From the IMG/VR virus record IMGVR_UViG_3300025392_000002: a DNA stretch of 64,000 bases, one strand, 5' to 3'. This document shows positions 49,054 through 58,938 of the stretch, one piece after another. Below the pieces are notes generated by a model that worked only from the letters and a program-made list of their open reading frames with translations, searched no databases and was not told where the DNA came from. This stretch comes from a virus (taxonomy: Duplodnaviria; Caudoviricetes). Both the position numbers and the translations under genes were made by a program. The first letter of the stretch is position 1. Each line of letters begins with the position of its first letter.

Positions 49054-51284
49054 TGCCTAATCGTATTGGCAAAATATCAGCCGCCCGTAGTGTAGCATAC
49101 ATCTCATCGTTTATTGGTGAGAAGGGTATGTTGTTCTACGATACTACTACAGGTAACATTCGTCTAAGTGACGGTGTAACTCCGGGCGGTGTTGCACTAA
49201 GTCTCAGCACTACAACGTTCACAGCAGGCGATTTCTTGTTCAGTGCCAACAATATGAGCACTATCAATGCCAATGAGAATGTTAACATACTTTCAAATGG
49301 CACTGGCACAGTTAATCTAGTTGGTCCTACAAACTTATACACAACATCAAGTGGACTAGGTGGACAAGCATATTTTTCCACCAACTCCCTAGGACAGATT
49401 AAACACACTGATCTAAATCCTACTTCTGCTACTGCCACTCTTACAATTACAGGCAATGCGGATGGCAGTGTAGTTACTCCTACCAACTTAGGAGTGATGC
49501 TACAGTTAAATGGTGTCTCAGGACAAGCCGCAAGAGCCTATGTAGATGGCAACGGTAACTACAGCAATCTTAGTCTTCGTAGGTACAATGGATCTGCCGC
49601 CAGTCCTAGTCAAGTGTTGTCCACACAAGTAATAGGTCGATTGGGCTTTAACGGTTATGCTACTGGTGGCTTTGCTTCATTTGGACAAGCTCGTATTGAA
49701 GTCATAGCACTAGATAATTTAACCAGTACTGCTCAAGGCACACAAATGAATTTTTATGTGACTGCTCCTGGTACTAATACGATTTCTAATGTGGCTTCTA
49801 TCAATAGCACCGGTTTCTTACCTAACATTGATAATACATATAATTTAGGTACTGCTACATATCGTTGGAAAAACTTATATGTCGGTCCAGGAACTATCTA
49901 TATCACAGATCAAACAACCAACAGCTTGGCCGCTATCACAATCAATAATGGCGTATTTAATGTCAACGGTATTGTACAGGCACAGTTGCCTAAAATATTA
50001 GCCTCAACTGTTACAGGACTATCTGCTAGTGGCAATTTGGCATTAGGTGATCCAAGCGACACTGGTACTATACAATTAAATCGCACACTGACATTTAGTG
50101 ACAGTTCAGTACAGTCAACAGCAGGTATACCCTTAACACAAAAGGCCGCGGCAAGTGGTGTGGCTACACTAGATGCTACAGGTAGACTGTCATCTAGCCA
50201 AATTCCTTCAAGTTTGAGTGCGGCCATCGTCTACAAAGGCTCTTGGAATGCCAGCACCAATACTCCAACATTGAGCGCCAGCTTGCCAGCAGGTGTTCAA
50301 GCAGGCTGGGAATATGCTATCAGTAACTCGGGCACACAAAATATTGGTTCAGGTAGTGTAAGTTATGCTCAAGGTGGCTTTGTTATCTATAATGGCGCAA
50401 CTTGGGATTACATAGCACCAGTAAGTGGTGTTACCAGTATCAATGGCAGTTTAACAGGTGCTGTCACAGGCATCGTTACAACTAGTGATTCAGCCACAGT
50501 GACCAATACCATGTTGGCTGGTTCAATTGCCAACAGCAAGTTACTCAACAGTTCAATTACAGTAACAGGCGGTACTGGGCTAGGTGTAACAGGCAGTCCT
50601 GTAGCATTAGGCGGCACCGTAACATTGAGCAACACAGGTGTTACCAGTATTGTAGCAGGATCTAATGTATCTATAAGCGGTTCAACTGGTGCTGTAACAA
50701 TCAATGCCACTGGTGCTGTCAGCAGTATTTCTGCAGGAACAGCTATTAGTGTAAGTGCTTCAACTGGCGCTGTTACAATTAACAACACAGGTGTTACCAG
50801 TGCTGTAGCAGGCACACATATTACAGTTAGCGGATCTACTGGTGCTGTAACTATTGCTACAGATGCTACCAATGCTAATACAGCCTCAACTATTGTAGCA
50901 CGTGATTCAAGTGGTAACTTTAGTGCTGGATCAATTACAGCTAGTCGCTTAATACTAGGTAATAGAACAGTAACTGGCGGTACAACATTAACTGTGGACT
51001 TTAGTTCTGATAGTATTGTATTGTGGAGTGTACCGACAGGAAACGGAACAATTACATTGACCAATTATACAGCAGGCGCGGTTGTTCGTGTGCTGATTCG
51101 TTTTACCACAGCTCGTAACATAGCAATGGGCGTTGCCACTGCTAACAACAGCACAACAGCAGGCACTACTTTAACTGGCACCGGTGGAGGAGCACAATTT
51201 GGTGCTAACCAAGCTGTTCAACTGGTGTACACCTGTGTTGATGGCACAAGCACAAACACTTATGTGGCCGCAAGTTACGTATAA
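49053..51284 (+). CDS. tail fibre protein
   Basis: Mtd_N-like start, YKGSWNASTNTP, repeated GVTSIVAG..ISVS..TGAVTI, NTASTIVARD. Confidence 0.75.
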   Translation: MPNRIGKISAARSVAYISSFIGEKGMLFYDTTTGNIRLSDGVTPGGVALSLSTTTFTAGDFLFSANNMSTINANENVNILSNGTGTVNLVGPTNLYTTSSGLGGQAYFSTNSLGQIKHTDLNPTSATATLTITGNADGSVVTPTNLGVMLQLNGVSGQAARAYVDGNGNYSNLSLRRYNGSAASPSQVLSTQVIGRLGFNGYATGGFASFGQARIEVIALDNLTSTAQGTQMNFYVTAPGTNTISNVASINSTGFLPNIDNTYNLGTATYRWKNLYVGPGTIYITDQTTNSLAAITINNGVFNVNGIVQAQLPKILASTVTGLSASGNLALGDPSDTGTIQLNRTLTFSDSSVQSTAGIPLTQKAAASGVATLDATGRLSSSQIPSSLSAAIVYKGSWNASTNTPTLSASLPAGVQAGWEYAISNSGTQNIGSGSVSYAQGGFVIYNGATWDYIAPVSGVTSINGSLTGAVTGIVTTSDSATVTNTMLAGSIANSKLLNSSITVTGGTGLGVTGSPVALGGTVTLSNTGVTSIVAGSNVSISGSTGAVTINATGAVSSISAGTAISVSASTGAVTINNTGVTSAVAGTHITVSGSTGAVTIATDATNANTASTIVARDSSGNFSAGSITASRLILGNRTVTGGTTLTVDFSSDSIVLWSVPTGNGTITLTNYTAGAVVRVLIRFTTARNIAMGVATANNSTTAGTTLTGTGGGAQFGANQAVQLVYTCVDGTSTNTYVAASYV

Positions 51285-51292
51285 TTAATAAT

Positions 51293-51703
51293 ATGAAAGT
51301 TAAAGAAATACTCACAGAAGGCTTAAACAAAAAGGATACATTTGATATCCTGCACGACTTTATACGCTTTGCCGCAGAAGATTTGGAATTAAAAACGCTA
51401 CCAAAGTTTGATTTTGCATTTGATACTAAACGTAGTCTACAGCATAAGAGCTTTGGTGGATATCAGCCAGGACAAGAGCATATTACAATTACAGTAGTTA
51501 ATCGTCACATCAATGATGTATTGAGAACATTAGCACACGAAATGGTTCACTACAGCCAAGATCTAAAAAACGAACTAGACGATGACGGCGCTGGAGCTAC
51601 TGGTAGTCCTCAAGAAAACGAAGCAAACGCAAGAGCGGCTGTAGTGATGAGAAATTGGGGTAAGAAACACCCTGAGTATTTTGATTTGCCACCAATTGAA
51701 TAA
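51293..51703 (+). CDS. zincin-like metallopeptidase domain protein, putative head-packaged
   Basis: RTLAHEMVH..Q, ENEANA; MKVKEILTE. Confidence 0.7.
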   Translation: MKVKEILTEGLNKKDTFDILHDFIRFAAEDLELKTLPKFDFAFDTKRSLQHKSFGGYQPGQEHITITVVNRHINDVLRTLAHEMVHYSQDLKNELDDDGAGATGSPQENEANARAAVVMRNWGKKHPEYFDLPPIE

Positions 51704-51766
51704 ATAAGTGTAGTTCGCGATATTGGCGTATATAAGCGAAGCGGCTAAAAGACGATGGCAGAAAAG

Positions 51767-52120
51767 TTAACCGTTAATCTCGCGGTACTTCAGCAAGGCT
51801 AATTGTCTAGCCAAAAACAACTTCCAACGTACTCGTTCACTGATACCATCAGGGTGTTCAATCCGAGTTAAATCTTTGCGTCTGTAGCCTGTGGCTAGGT
51901 CATCGTTTTGGACAACATCATCTTCGCTATCATCCATGCCAAACGGTTGAACACGTTGAACTTTACTTTTTACTATCCTTCTGTGCTTTACATGGGCCGG
52001 TGCGCTTAGTGTCGCAGTCGGGTGTTGGGCAACGGAGATCATAGTGTTCTCTTTCCCATTTGCCAGGCTTGTTATCAAAACAGTTGCGGTCAGTAGAGTA
52101 AGACTTACTGAGAGTTTCAT
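51767..52120 (-). CDS. hypothetical secreted protein
   Basis: Signal-like N-terminus, GAGGA RBS. Confidence 0.5.
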   Translation of the reverse strand: MKLSVSLTLLTATVLITSLANGKENTMISVAQHPTATLSAPAHVKHRRIVKSKVQRVQPFGMDDSEDDVVQNDDLATGYRRKDLTRIEHPDGISERVRWKLFLARQLALLKYREING

Positions 52121-52205
52121 AATTAGTCCTCATTAACATAATAGCCTCCTTAGGCGCATACATATACAACGCCTAAGGAAACTAATTAGTTGACAAATTT
52201 TGAGC

Positions 52206-52229
52206 AAATAAAAAGGGCCCTTAGGCCCT
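52206..52229 (-). terminator. intrinsic terminator
   Basis: AGGGCC-CTTA-GGCCCT with U-run on minus strand. Confidence 0.7.
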
Positions 52230-52265
52230 AGTGAATGTTACGCTATTCTGGCGAACAAGCTATGC

Positions 52266-52532
52266 TTATTTCTTAGTTCCGCTATTGACAAAACCATAGA
52301 ATTTTTCTGCCGCTTCCATAATCTTTTCCATTCCTGGAAACTCTGGCATGTCTACTTTGCTGACAACTTGTCCAGTTTTCTCATCACGAGCAACTGACAT
52401 TTCCCAACCCTTGAACTTCATATGATATTCTTCTAGCACAGCATCTTTAGCCATGGCTAGAACATCTGTACGGATTTCATATCCATTCTTGTTAAATTTA
52501 ACTTCTGGTAGCTTTGGAGTAAAATCAGACAT
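52266..52532 (-). CDS. hypothetical protein (KNGYEIRTDVLAMAK)
   Basis: ORF with GGAG RBS. Confidence 0.65.
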   Translation of the reverse strand: MSDFTPKLPEVKFNKNGYEIRTDVLAMAKDAVLEEYHMKFKGWEMSVARDEKTGQVVSKVDMPEFPGMEKIMEAAEKFYGFVNSGTKK

Positions 52533-52738
52533 TATTTTGCTCCTTTGTAAACTGCTTTGTTAGCACTTGAAACTAGTGTTTGTGCCAATGTTAGAGTTGT
52601 GTCAACCCAACCTTGATAAAACTTAGTTTGTGCTTCGATTAGTTTGGTTAATTCTTTTTGAATTACTTCGTCTTTAACGAATGTATTGACGATAGTCTTT
52701 TTGCCACCTTGAACGGTGTCGATGATAGTATTAAACAT
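52532..52738 (-). CDS. phasin-like small helical protein
   Basis: Amphipathic helices, IDTVQ..KK..V..F...IEAQTKF. Confidence 0.4.
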   Translation of the reverse strand: MFNTIIDTVQGGKKTIVNTFVKDEVIQKELTKLIEAQTKFYQGWVDTTLTLAQTLVSSANKAVYKGAK

Positions 52739-52806
52739 ATTTTTCTCCTTGTGTATGTTTGTGTGTAAACAGCAACTTTGCTGTCTATGTATTTATTATA
52801 CAGACT

Positions 52807-53364
52807 TTATTTCAGCATAACAAATGGTCTGGCAAAACGTTTGCCTAGATAATCCACCACCGCTAAATTACTGTCTGTTGCTTCTGTTAAGTATGTAGTG
52901 ATATTAGGGCTATCCAGTTCTATATCTGCCATAGTTTCACCGTGTTCACTATGGATATGGATACCATGCTTTAAACACAAGTGCTTGATAGCGGCATTGG
53001 TACTTAAACATACCATACAGCCCTTGAGCTTGTTGTGTATACGGCACCAGGTTATAGCACGTTTCATTAGTCTACTGCCCATGCCCTGCCCTTGATAGCC
53101 CTTGAGCACACTAAATGCTAGCTCAAGTTCCTCTTGGTCAGATATGTGTCCAACAGCTACGAAGTCTAAATCATCGTTTTCTATACAGAATAAGATGTTT
53201 TTGTCTGGTTCAGCTTCAAATTTGTCGCACAGCGCATCTATCATTTCATCTCTAATATGATAGCCAAACCGTAAGTACTTGCTAGCTTCATCTAATGCTT
53301 TTAAGTGTTTACGGTACTTGTAACATTCGTGTGGTAATACTCTACGAACTGTGGTGTACGGCAT
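52807..53364 (-). CDS. GNAT acetyltransferase
   Basis: YLRFG, ELAFSV...YQGQGMG..L, N.A..HL..KHG. Confidence 0.85.
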   Translation of the reverse strand: MPYTTVRRVLPHECYKYRKHLKALDEASKYLRFGYHIRDEMIDALCDKFEAEPDKNILFCIENDDLDFVAVGHISDQEELELAFSVLKGYQGQGMGSRLMKRAITWCRIHNKLKGCMVCLSTNAAIKHLCLKHGIHIHSEHGETMADIELDSPNITTYLTEATDSNLAVVDYLGKRFARPFVMLK

Positions 53365-53365
53365 A

Positions 53366-53773
53366 TTACTTCAAATTCATTATAGACTGAGCTGTTTTGT
53401 GATCGCCCATACGGGCAAAGTGTGCGGCCGCCTTAGCTTGGCCAACGGAATGGAAAAAGCTCCATACTGCTTCTAAAACTTTTTTCATTGATGTATCACC
53501 AAATAGGTTATAATAGCTACGATTGCCCAGATGGCAAACTTAGGGCCATATTTGGCTTCAAATTTTCTAATAGCTTCTGCCATATTAAAATCCTCTTGCC
53601 CAGATATAACCGTCACTTTGCTTAGTTTGGTACTCGCGTGTCAAACGATCAACATCACCTGCGTTTTGTGGATTGTTTTTAACAATGTAATACTCTAAAC
53701 CGCTACCGTAAGTTTGTGGCTTACTAAATTGATTCGCTAGGCTTTTGGCCCAGGTTTTGATTGTTGTTAACAT
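53366..53773 (-). CDS. three small genes (53366-53488, 53485-53583, 53585-53773)
   Basis: Two hand-translated ORFs and one track ORF, coupled. Confidence 0.5.
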
Positions 53774-53947
53774 TTTTATTCCTCTATGTGTAAATGTAGT
53801 GTAAGTATAACACTGACTCAGTGTTTCTACTAGTACTATTTAGCTCTAAACTCATGGTTTCTACTGATATGTGGCTCTCACTCAACTCATTTGAAACTAG
53901 TTTAGTTAGAATGTATAATCAATAAATAAGACATAACGAGAAAGAAC

Positions 53948-54199
53948 ATGCGTAAAAGCACACGTAGCATATTACAAGAATTAAGTGAAGTCGGACTCAG
54001 TCGTGATACAGAGCACGTGATCGAAAGCCGCGGCAGTAATATTATTCAAAGTGCCGTTAATTTGTTGGCCATGATACGTGAAAGCTATGACGTTGAAACA
54101 GCGGCCGAATTAGAGCGCCGTTTTATTAACAGTATCAAGGCTAACGATGTTACTAAATTCAAACGTGGCATCAAACGCATTCAGGAATCAAAAGAATGA
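53948..54199 (+). CDS. hypothetical protein
   Basis: TAAATA upstream. Confidence 0.65.
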   Translation: MRKSTRSILQELSEVGLSRDTEHVIESRGSNIIQSAVNLLAMIRESYDVETAAELERRFINSIKANDVTKFKRGIKRIQESKE

Positions 54200-55038
54200 G
54201 CGGTAACGCACTTAAAAAACTGGGCATTGACAATGCTGAAAATAATCCAACTAAAGGTGTACTAGTACGCCTAAGTCCAGCACAATTTTTAGAAGTCAAA
54301 CGAGCACTAGTACCAGTACTAACTAGTATCGGTGATGCTGGTTTTTGGCGTGCCGGCGGAGCAGGATCATTTGACCCAGAGCATCGCTATGCTCACAAAG
54401 GCACTACCAAGATTGATTCGGGCGATGTGGATGTGTTTATCGATACACTTCGTGTTAAGCACAAGTTAAAACTAGATGCTAACACAGATGATGCTGGTGT
54501 GCGTAAAGCTATCCTACATCATATGAGTCAGCACTATCCTGCTTTACAGATAGGTAAGAATGTACACATTGGGTTCCCAACAGGGCATGAAATCAATGGC
54601 TTGCCTACATACTTTCAAGTAGACTTAATGTGTATGGAACATGCACACGAAATAGGTCAACATCACGAACACGATTACTCTGTTAAAAACAGTCCATATG
54701 GCGGACAAGATCAGCAGTATGCTATGAGTAGCGTTATTAACACTATTCCGGGACATCCTCCTAAAACATTCCAGTACAACGGATTTGGTGGCGCACTACA
54801 AAACCGTGCTACTGGTGAAGTAATCACACGTGATATTAATAAAGTAGCTGAAATTGCCCTGGGCAAAGGCGCTACTGCCGAGGACTTGGGTAATGTAGAA
54901 AGCATTATAGCCCGAGTTGGCGGTATCAACAGCCCACGTTTAGAGCAATTCCGTGCGGACATGGCTAAAAAGTACCCACATTTAAAAGAAGGTACTGTTG
55001 ACTGGTTCAAATTAATCAGCCAAAAAATAGCCATATAG
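54196..55038 (+). CDS. nucleotidyltransferase-like protein (Pol-beta superfamily)
   Basis: GS...DSGDVD and QVDLM. Confidence 0.6.
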   Translation: MSGNALKKLGIDNAENNPTKGVLVRLSPAQFLEVKRALVPVLTSIGDAGFWRAGGAGSFDPEHRYAHKGTTKIDSGDVDVFIDTLRVKHKLKLDANTDDAGVRKAILHHMSQHYPALQIGKNVHIGFPTGHEINGLPTYFQVDLMCMEHAHEIGQHHEHDYSVKNSPYGGQDQQYAMSSVINTIPGHPPKTFQYNGFGGALQNRATGEVITRDINKVAEIALGKGATAEDLGNVESIIARVGGINSPRLEQFRADMAKKYPHLKEGTVDWFKLISQKIAI

Positions 55039-55136
55039 TACCCAAAATTACCATTTGAACTAAATAATTATACAAAGGCCTTTTAGGAAGGTCGCTCGAA
55101 GAGTTCGAGCAGTAATGGTATAAGAGGAGAACTAAC

Positions 55137-55763
55137 ATGCCATCATTATTAGGTACATACGTCGCGGCCAATTATGGTCGTATGACATCGATCGACACAT
55201 ACGGCGGTCTAACATACAACAACTTCGGAACACGTAACTTAGCATTCTTGAAAGTTATTTGTAACGCAATTGACTTGACAGCTGCAACAGGCGACCAGTC
55301 AACAGACGGTTCAAACGTAAGCGGTATCAACAACCAAATCACTAGCTTTAACCCAGCAATCAGCCAAACTGGTGCTGTATTAGGTTTTTTGGATGCTAAC
55401 AGCTACTTCTCAGTTGCTGTTCGTACAATTCAACAGTTCGCTGAAGTGTACATGGTTGGTACACCATACTATAGCACAAACAGCAGTTTCATTGTAGCAG
55501 TTGCTATCGATACAGCTAACGATGCTAACGCTTCAAGCAACGTTCAGCTTTACAACACTGGTTATCCAACACTAGGCGGTACAGGTGCTTGGGTTGCTCT
55601 AGCAAACCAAATCAAGAACGCATTGAATACACAAGCTACTACAGCAGTTAACGGTACAGCAACAGTAAACGTTGGTACAACTGTTACTGGTGTTACAGTT
55701 ACTCAGATTTTCCCATATGGTAGCAGTTTAGTTGCTGTCGGTGGTTCAGCTTCTGCAGCTTAA
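55137..55763 (+). CDS. virion structural protein, probably abundant
   Basis: TAAATA, hairpin leader, GAGGAG RBS, T/A/G-rich, strong terminator. Confidence 0.6.
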   Translation: MPSLLGTYVAANYGRMTSIDTYGGLTYNNFGTRNLAFLKVICNAIDLTAATGDQSTDGSNVSGINNQITSFNPAISQTGAVLGFLDANSYFSVAVRTIQQFAEVYMVGTPYYSTNSSFIVAVAIDTANDANASSNVQLYNTGYPTLGGTGAWVALANQIKNALNTQATTAVNGTATVNVGTTVTGVTVTQIFPYGSSLVAVGGSASAA

Positions 55764-55800
55764 TATTAGTTAATTTCCTGTTCGGGATGGGAAGCAAATC

Positions 55801-55823
55801 AGGACTCTTCGGAGTCCTTTTTT
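55801..55823 (+). terminator. intrinsic terminator
   Basis: AGGACTC-TTCG-GAGTCCT followed by T run. Confidence 0.9.
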
Positions 55824-55840
55824 GTTGAGTTAAATATGTG

Positions 55841-56242
55841 ATGGAATATAAGTTATACACTCTAGTAGACATCACACGCACTGGCCAGTATCGTAGCGAG
55901 CCCGGCAAGGAACACTTGCGTTGGAAAGAACAGAACTTTAATACTGTACTACAAACATTAGGGATACGTGCCAATGTGACCTACGACAATAGTCCGTCAG
56001 TTACTGAAGTTCGCGGTCGTGTAGTTGGATTTGATACAGATGAGATTATACGTGTTTGGAGATTTGACTTTAGTACCGATCGTCTAGACTTATATGAAAA
56101 GGACGGAGACCCGGTTGGATTCCTTAAAGAGGACTTTATGATGGTTCCTTATATTAGTGGCCTGGACGAAGATATGACACAAAAATATGCTGTATTCAAT
56201 ACAGAAACGCCGGGTAACAACATTATTTTCTTTGCCAAATAA
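55841..56242 (+). CDS. hypothetical protein (YTLVDIT.TG...QNFNT.LQ)
   Basis: TAAATA 4 nt upstream. Confidence 0.65.
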   Translation: MEYKLYTLVDITRTGQYRSEPGKEHLRWKEQNFNTVLQTLGIRANVTYDNSPSVTEVRGRVVGFDTDEIIRVWRFDFSTDRLDLYEKDGDPVGFLKEDFMMVPYISGLDEDMTQKYAVFNTETPGNNIIFFAK

Positions 56243-56385
56243 AACTGTTATATTATAATTAGTATGTTGTAATAAATAAAGTTGTAGGCAAAATATCATT
56301 ATCTAGGCACTTTAAATCACAACCAATCATACAATAGGCACAGCTCGGAGCGAGCGCAAGACTTATAACATTGGAGAGCCCAGAG

Positions 56386-56787
56386 ATGGCCACAAAAGAA
56401 GCAGTTGCACAACTAGCCGCATTACCAGAGCGTGTGAGCGTATTAGAAACCAAAGTAGAAAATATCAACGAGAAACTGGTTGATCTCAAAACAGATGTCA
56501 GGGACATGCACGACTGTTTGGACAACACACGTGATACAGTATTGGCACAGCTAGATAAGATGACCGATGAGTATCGCACCAATGCTGAAAAGTATTATGA
56601 GCATGCCAATCACTTGAATGAACTGCAAACAGCACAGCACAATGAACTAGCTGGCAAGATCAGTGAATTGGAAAAAATCAAAAGCAAGTGGACCATGTAT
56701 GCTATGGTGGGCCTAGCATTTGCCGCAGGCACTGGCTGGATCAACGCTGTTAACTTTCCACACATATTAAAGTTCTTAGGACTCTAA
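56386..56787 (+). CDS. coiled-coil protein with C-terminal TM helix (holin/XhlA-like topology)
   Basis: ERVSVLETKVE coiled coil, hydrophobic tail. Confidence 0.5.
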   Translation: MATKEAVAQLAALPERVSVLETKVENINEKLVDLKTDVRDMHDCLDNTRDTVLAQLDKMTDEYRTNAEKYYEHANHLNELQTAQHNELAGKISELEKIKSKWTMYAMVGLAFAAGTGWINAVNFPHILKFLGL

Positions 56788-56803
56788 TTCTGTTAAATAC
56801 AGA

Positions 56804-57490
56804 ATGTACTTTCAAGAACTATACATTGATCCAAATCCCCATCATCATGAGTTAAATCCCTTATTGTGGGACAACAACTCCATGCGTACAGAAGTGCGCC
56901 ACCAACTGTTAAAGATAGCCAAGAATTTTATCGAGTTTCTTGAACAACCTAGCATTAAACTAAAAGATGTAACACTTAGTGGTTCTAGTGCTGGCTACAA
57001 CTATAGTGAATATAGTGACATGGACCTACATCTAGTAGTTAACAGTGAAGAGCTATTCACAGCTGAAAAGATACAATACAACAATACATATGATTTAAAG
57101 ATCAAAGGTATTCCAGTAGAGCTGTATGTACAGCCCGTAAGCCAAACACATCATAGTGCAGGTATCTATAGTGTGTTAGACAACAAGTGGATTACAGAAC
57201 CTCCACACGAGGAACCTACAGTTCCAGTCAAAGATATTAAAGCCAAAGCTCGCAACTATGCTGGGCAAATTAATAGTGCTATGCGTAGCGGAGATTTAGA
57301 TAAATGTAAACAAGCCATGGACGATTTAAAACGTCTACGCAAAGCAGGCCTTGAAACTAACGGTGAACAAAGTGTAGAAAATCTAGCTTTCAAGCTACTC
57401 AGAGCTAGAGGACAAATTGATAAATTGCGTAAATACATACATAAATTAGAAAGTGCTCAACTGAGCCTCGGAGAACATAATGAAGATTAA
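56804..57490 (+). CDS. nucleotidyltransferase-like protein (Pol-beta superfamily)
   Basis: LSGSSAGYNY..YSDMDLH, VELYVQ, SVENL.FK.LR. Confidence 0.75.
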   Translation: MYFQELYIDPNPHHHELNPLLWDNNSMRTEVRHQLLKIAKNFIEFLEQPSIKLKDVTLSGSSAGYNYSEYSDMDLHLVVNSEELFTAEKIQYNNTYDLKIKGIPVELYVQPVSQTHHSAGIYSVLDNKWITEPPHEEPTVPVKDIKAKARNYAGQINSAMRSGDLDKCKQAMDDLKRLRKAGLETNGEQSVENLAFKLLRARGQIDKLRKYIHKLESAQLSLGEHNED

Positions 57491-58910
57491 AGACATATTG
57501 GGCGAAAGCGAAGTTACATTAAAACCCATGCCTGGTGCCCAAGAAGTAGATATCGACGGCAAACCAGTTGGCACTGCCACAACACCAGATGCGGCCAATG
57601 CTATCGCAGACTTGGCCAAGAAAGGAGAGTTTACTCCAGTTGGTGATCAAGCTACTAGCGAAGATAGTAGTGAACAAATGACAATACCAACTACTGAATA
57701 TGTAAAAGGTATCTATGCTACTGCCGCACAAAATGGTTTAGGTGCTCCTGAAGTAGAAGCAGTTAAGAAACAAATGGTTCTAGCACCTAATGGTGAAGTA
57801 GACATAATGGCAACTATGCAAAAAGCTCTACAGGCTTTCCAAAGCCCAGAACTTAAAAAGCTAATGTCCGATCTTGACAAGTTAGTCAAGCAAGGTGAAA
57901 CAACACAAGAAGTACAAAGTCCATTCCCAAGTCGTAACCCAGGAACACCAGCTGCCGCAGATGCCGCCGCACAGGCCAACGCTCCACAACAGTCACATCA
58001 AAGTGTAATGCCAAGTCGTAACACAAGAGAAAGTCATCAGGATCTAGTAAGTCAAGGTAACCATGATGTAGGTGGAGATGCTACAGATAACTTTATCAAT
58101 CAAATACGTGATAAGAAGTGGGAAAAAGCTAATCGTAATCCTGGCGCAAGTTCACGCAGTACACTTAGCGAAAAAGATGAACTTTACAAATGGTTAACTA
58201 TTGCTGGTATTAAATGAAGATTAGCGAATTAATGGCTGGCTTAGAACAGCCTAGTACCAAACATAACAAGTACAGTATACTGGACGGGTTTGAAATTTGG
58301 ATGAGTAATGAAGAAGCTGAACTGTTAGAGCGTCTAAAGAATCCTATTAAGTTAAGCCATCTTGACGAGCATGATCAATTCAGAGTTCAGGCCTTGATCC
58401 GTAAAAGTCTGGTAAGTAAAGTGGGTCTAGAAGATCCTACAATAGTTGCCAATGAAAAACCAAAAAAATAAACAATCAAAAACTAAAGCAATCAAAGAGC
58501 TAGCCACGCAATTTGAAGAAGACTTTAAAAAGACCTTGCCTATAAGCATACAGCCCAACGGCAGTATAGTTTATAAAAGTTATATAATCAAGACTAACAA
58601 GCAGGGCGACTGGTGTATACACAAGCCGGGAGTTTTAGATCCATTGGGCACTTATTATCTTAAAACCAGTGCCCTGATGGCCGCTAGGGCATATGATAAG
58701 AATGACCTGAACAAGATGTTTGAAATTAATCAACTAGATACCGATTACAAAAACAACCATACAGACAGCTTGGTTTATGCTAACAACATTAAAAAAGCCA
58801 AAGATTTTGGCAGATTTATAGTGTTATTAAACAAGCTAGAATATAGCCAAGAACGCACTGAGCATTTTAAGGAAAAAATTTCCAGAATGTTTAAGTGGAG
58901 TTTTGTATAA
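57480..58910 (+). CDS. three late genes (57480, 58214, 58452); first two putative head proteins
   Basis: MKIKDILGE and MKISEL N-termini; coupled ORFs. Confidence 0.55.
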
Positions 58911-58938
58911 ATACATAATAGAAGCTTAGGATACCACC

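Noticed and set aside
49136-51064. Long antisense ORFs opposite fibre genes (also 5147-5656)
   Set aside because: Artefacts of Thr/Gly/Ala-rich codon bias on the sense strand
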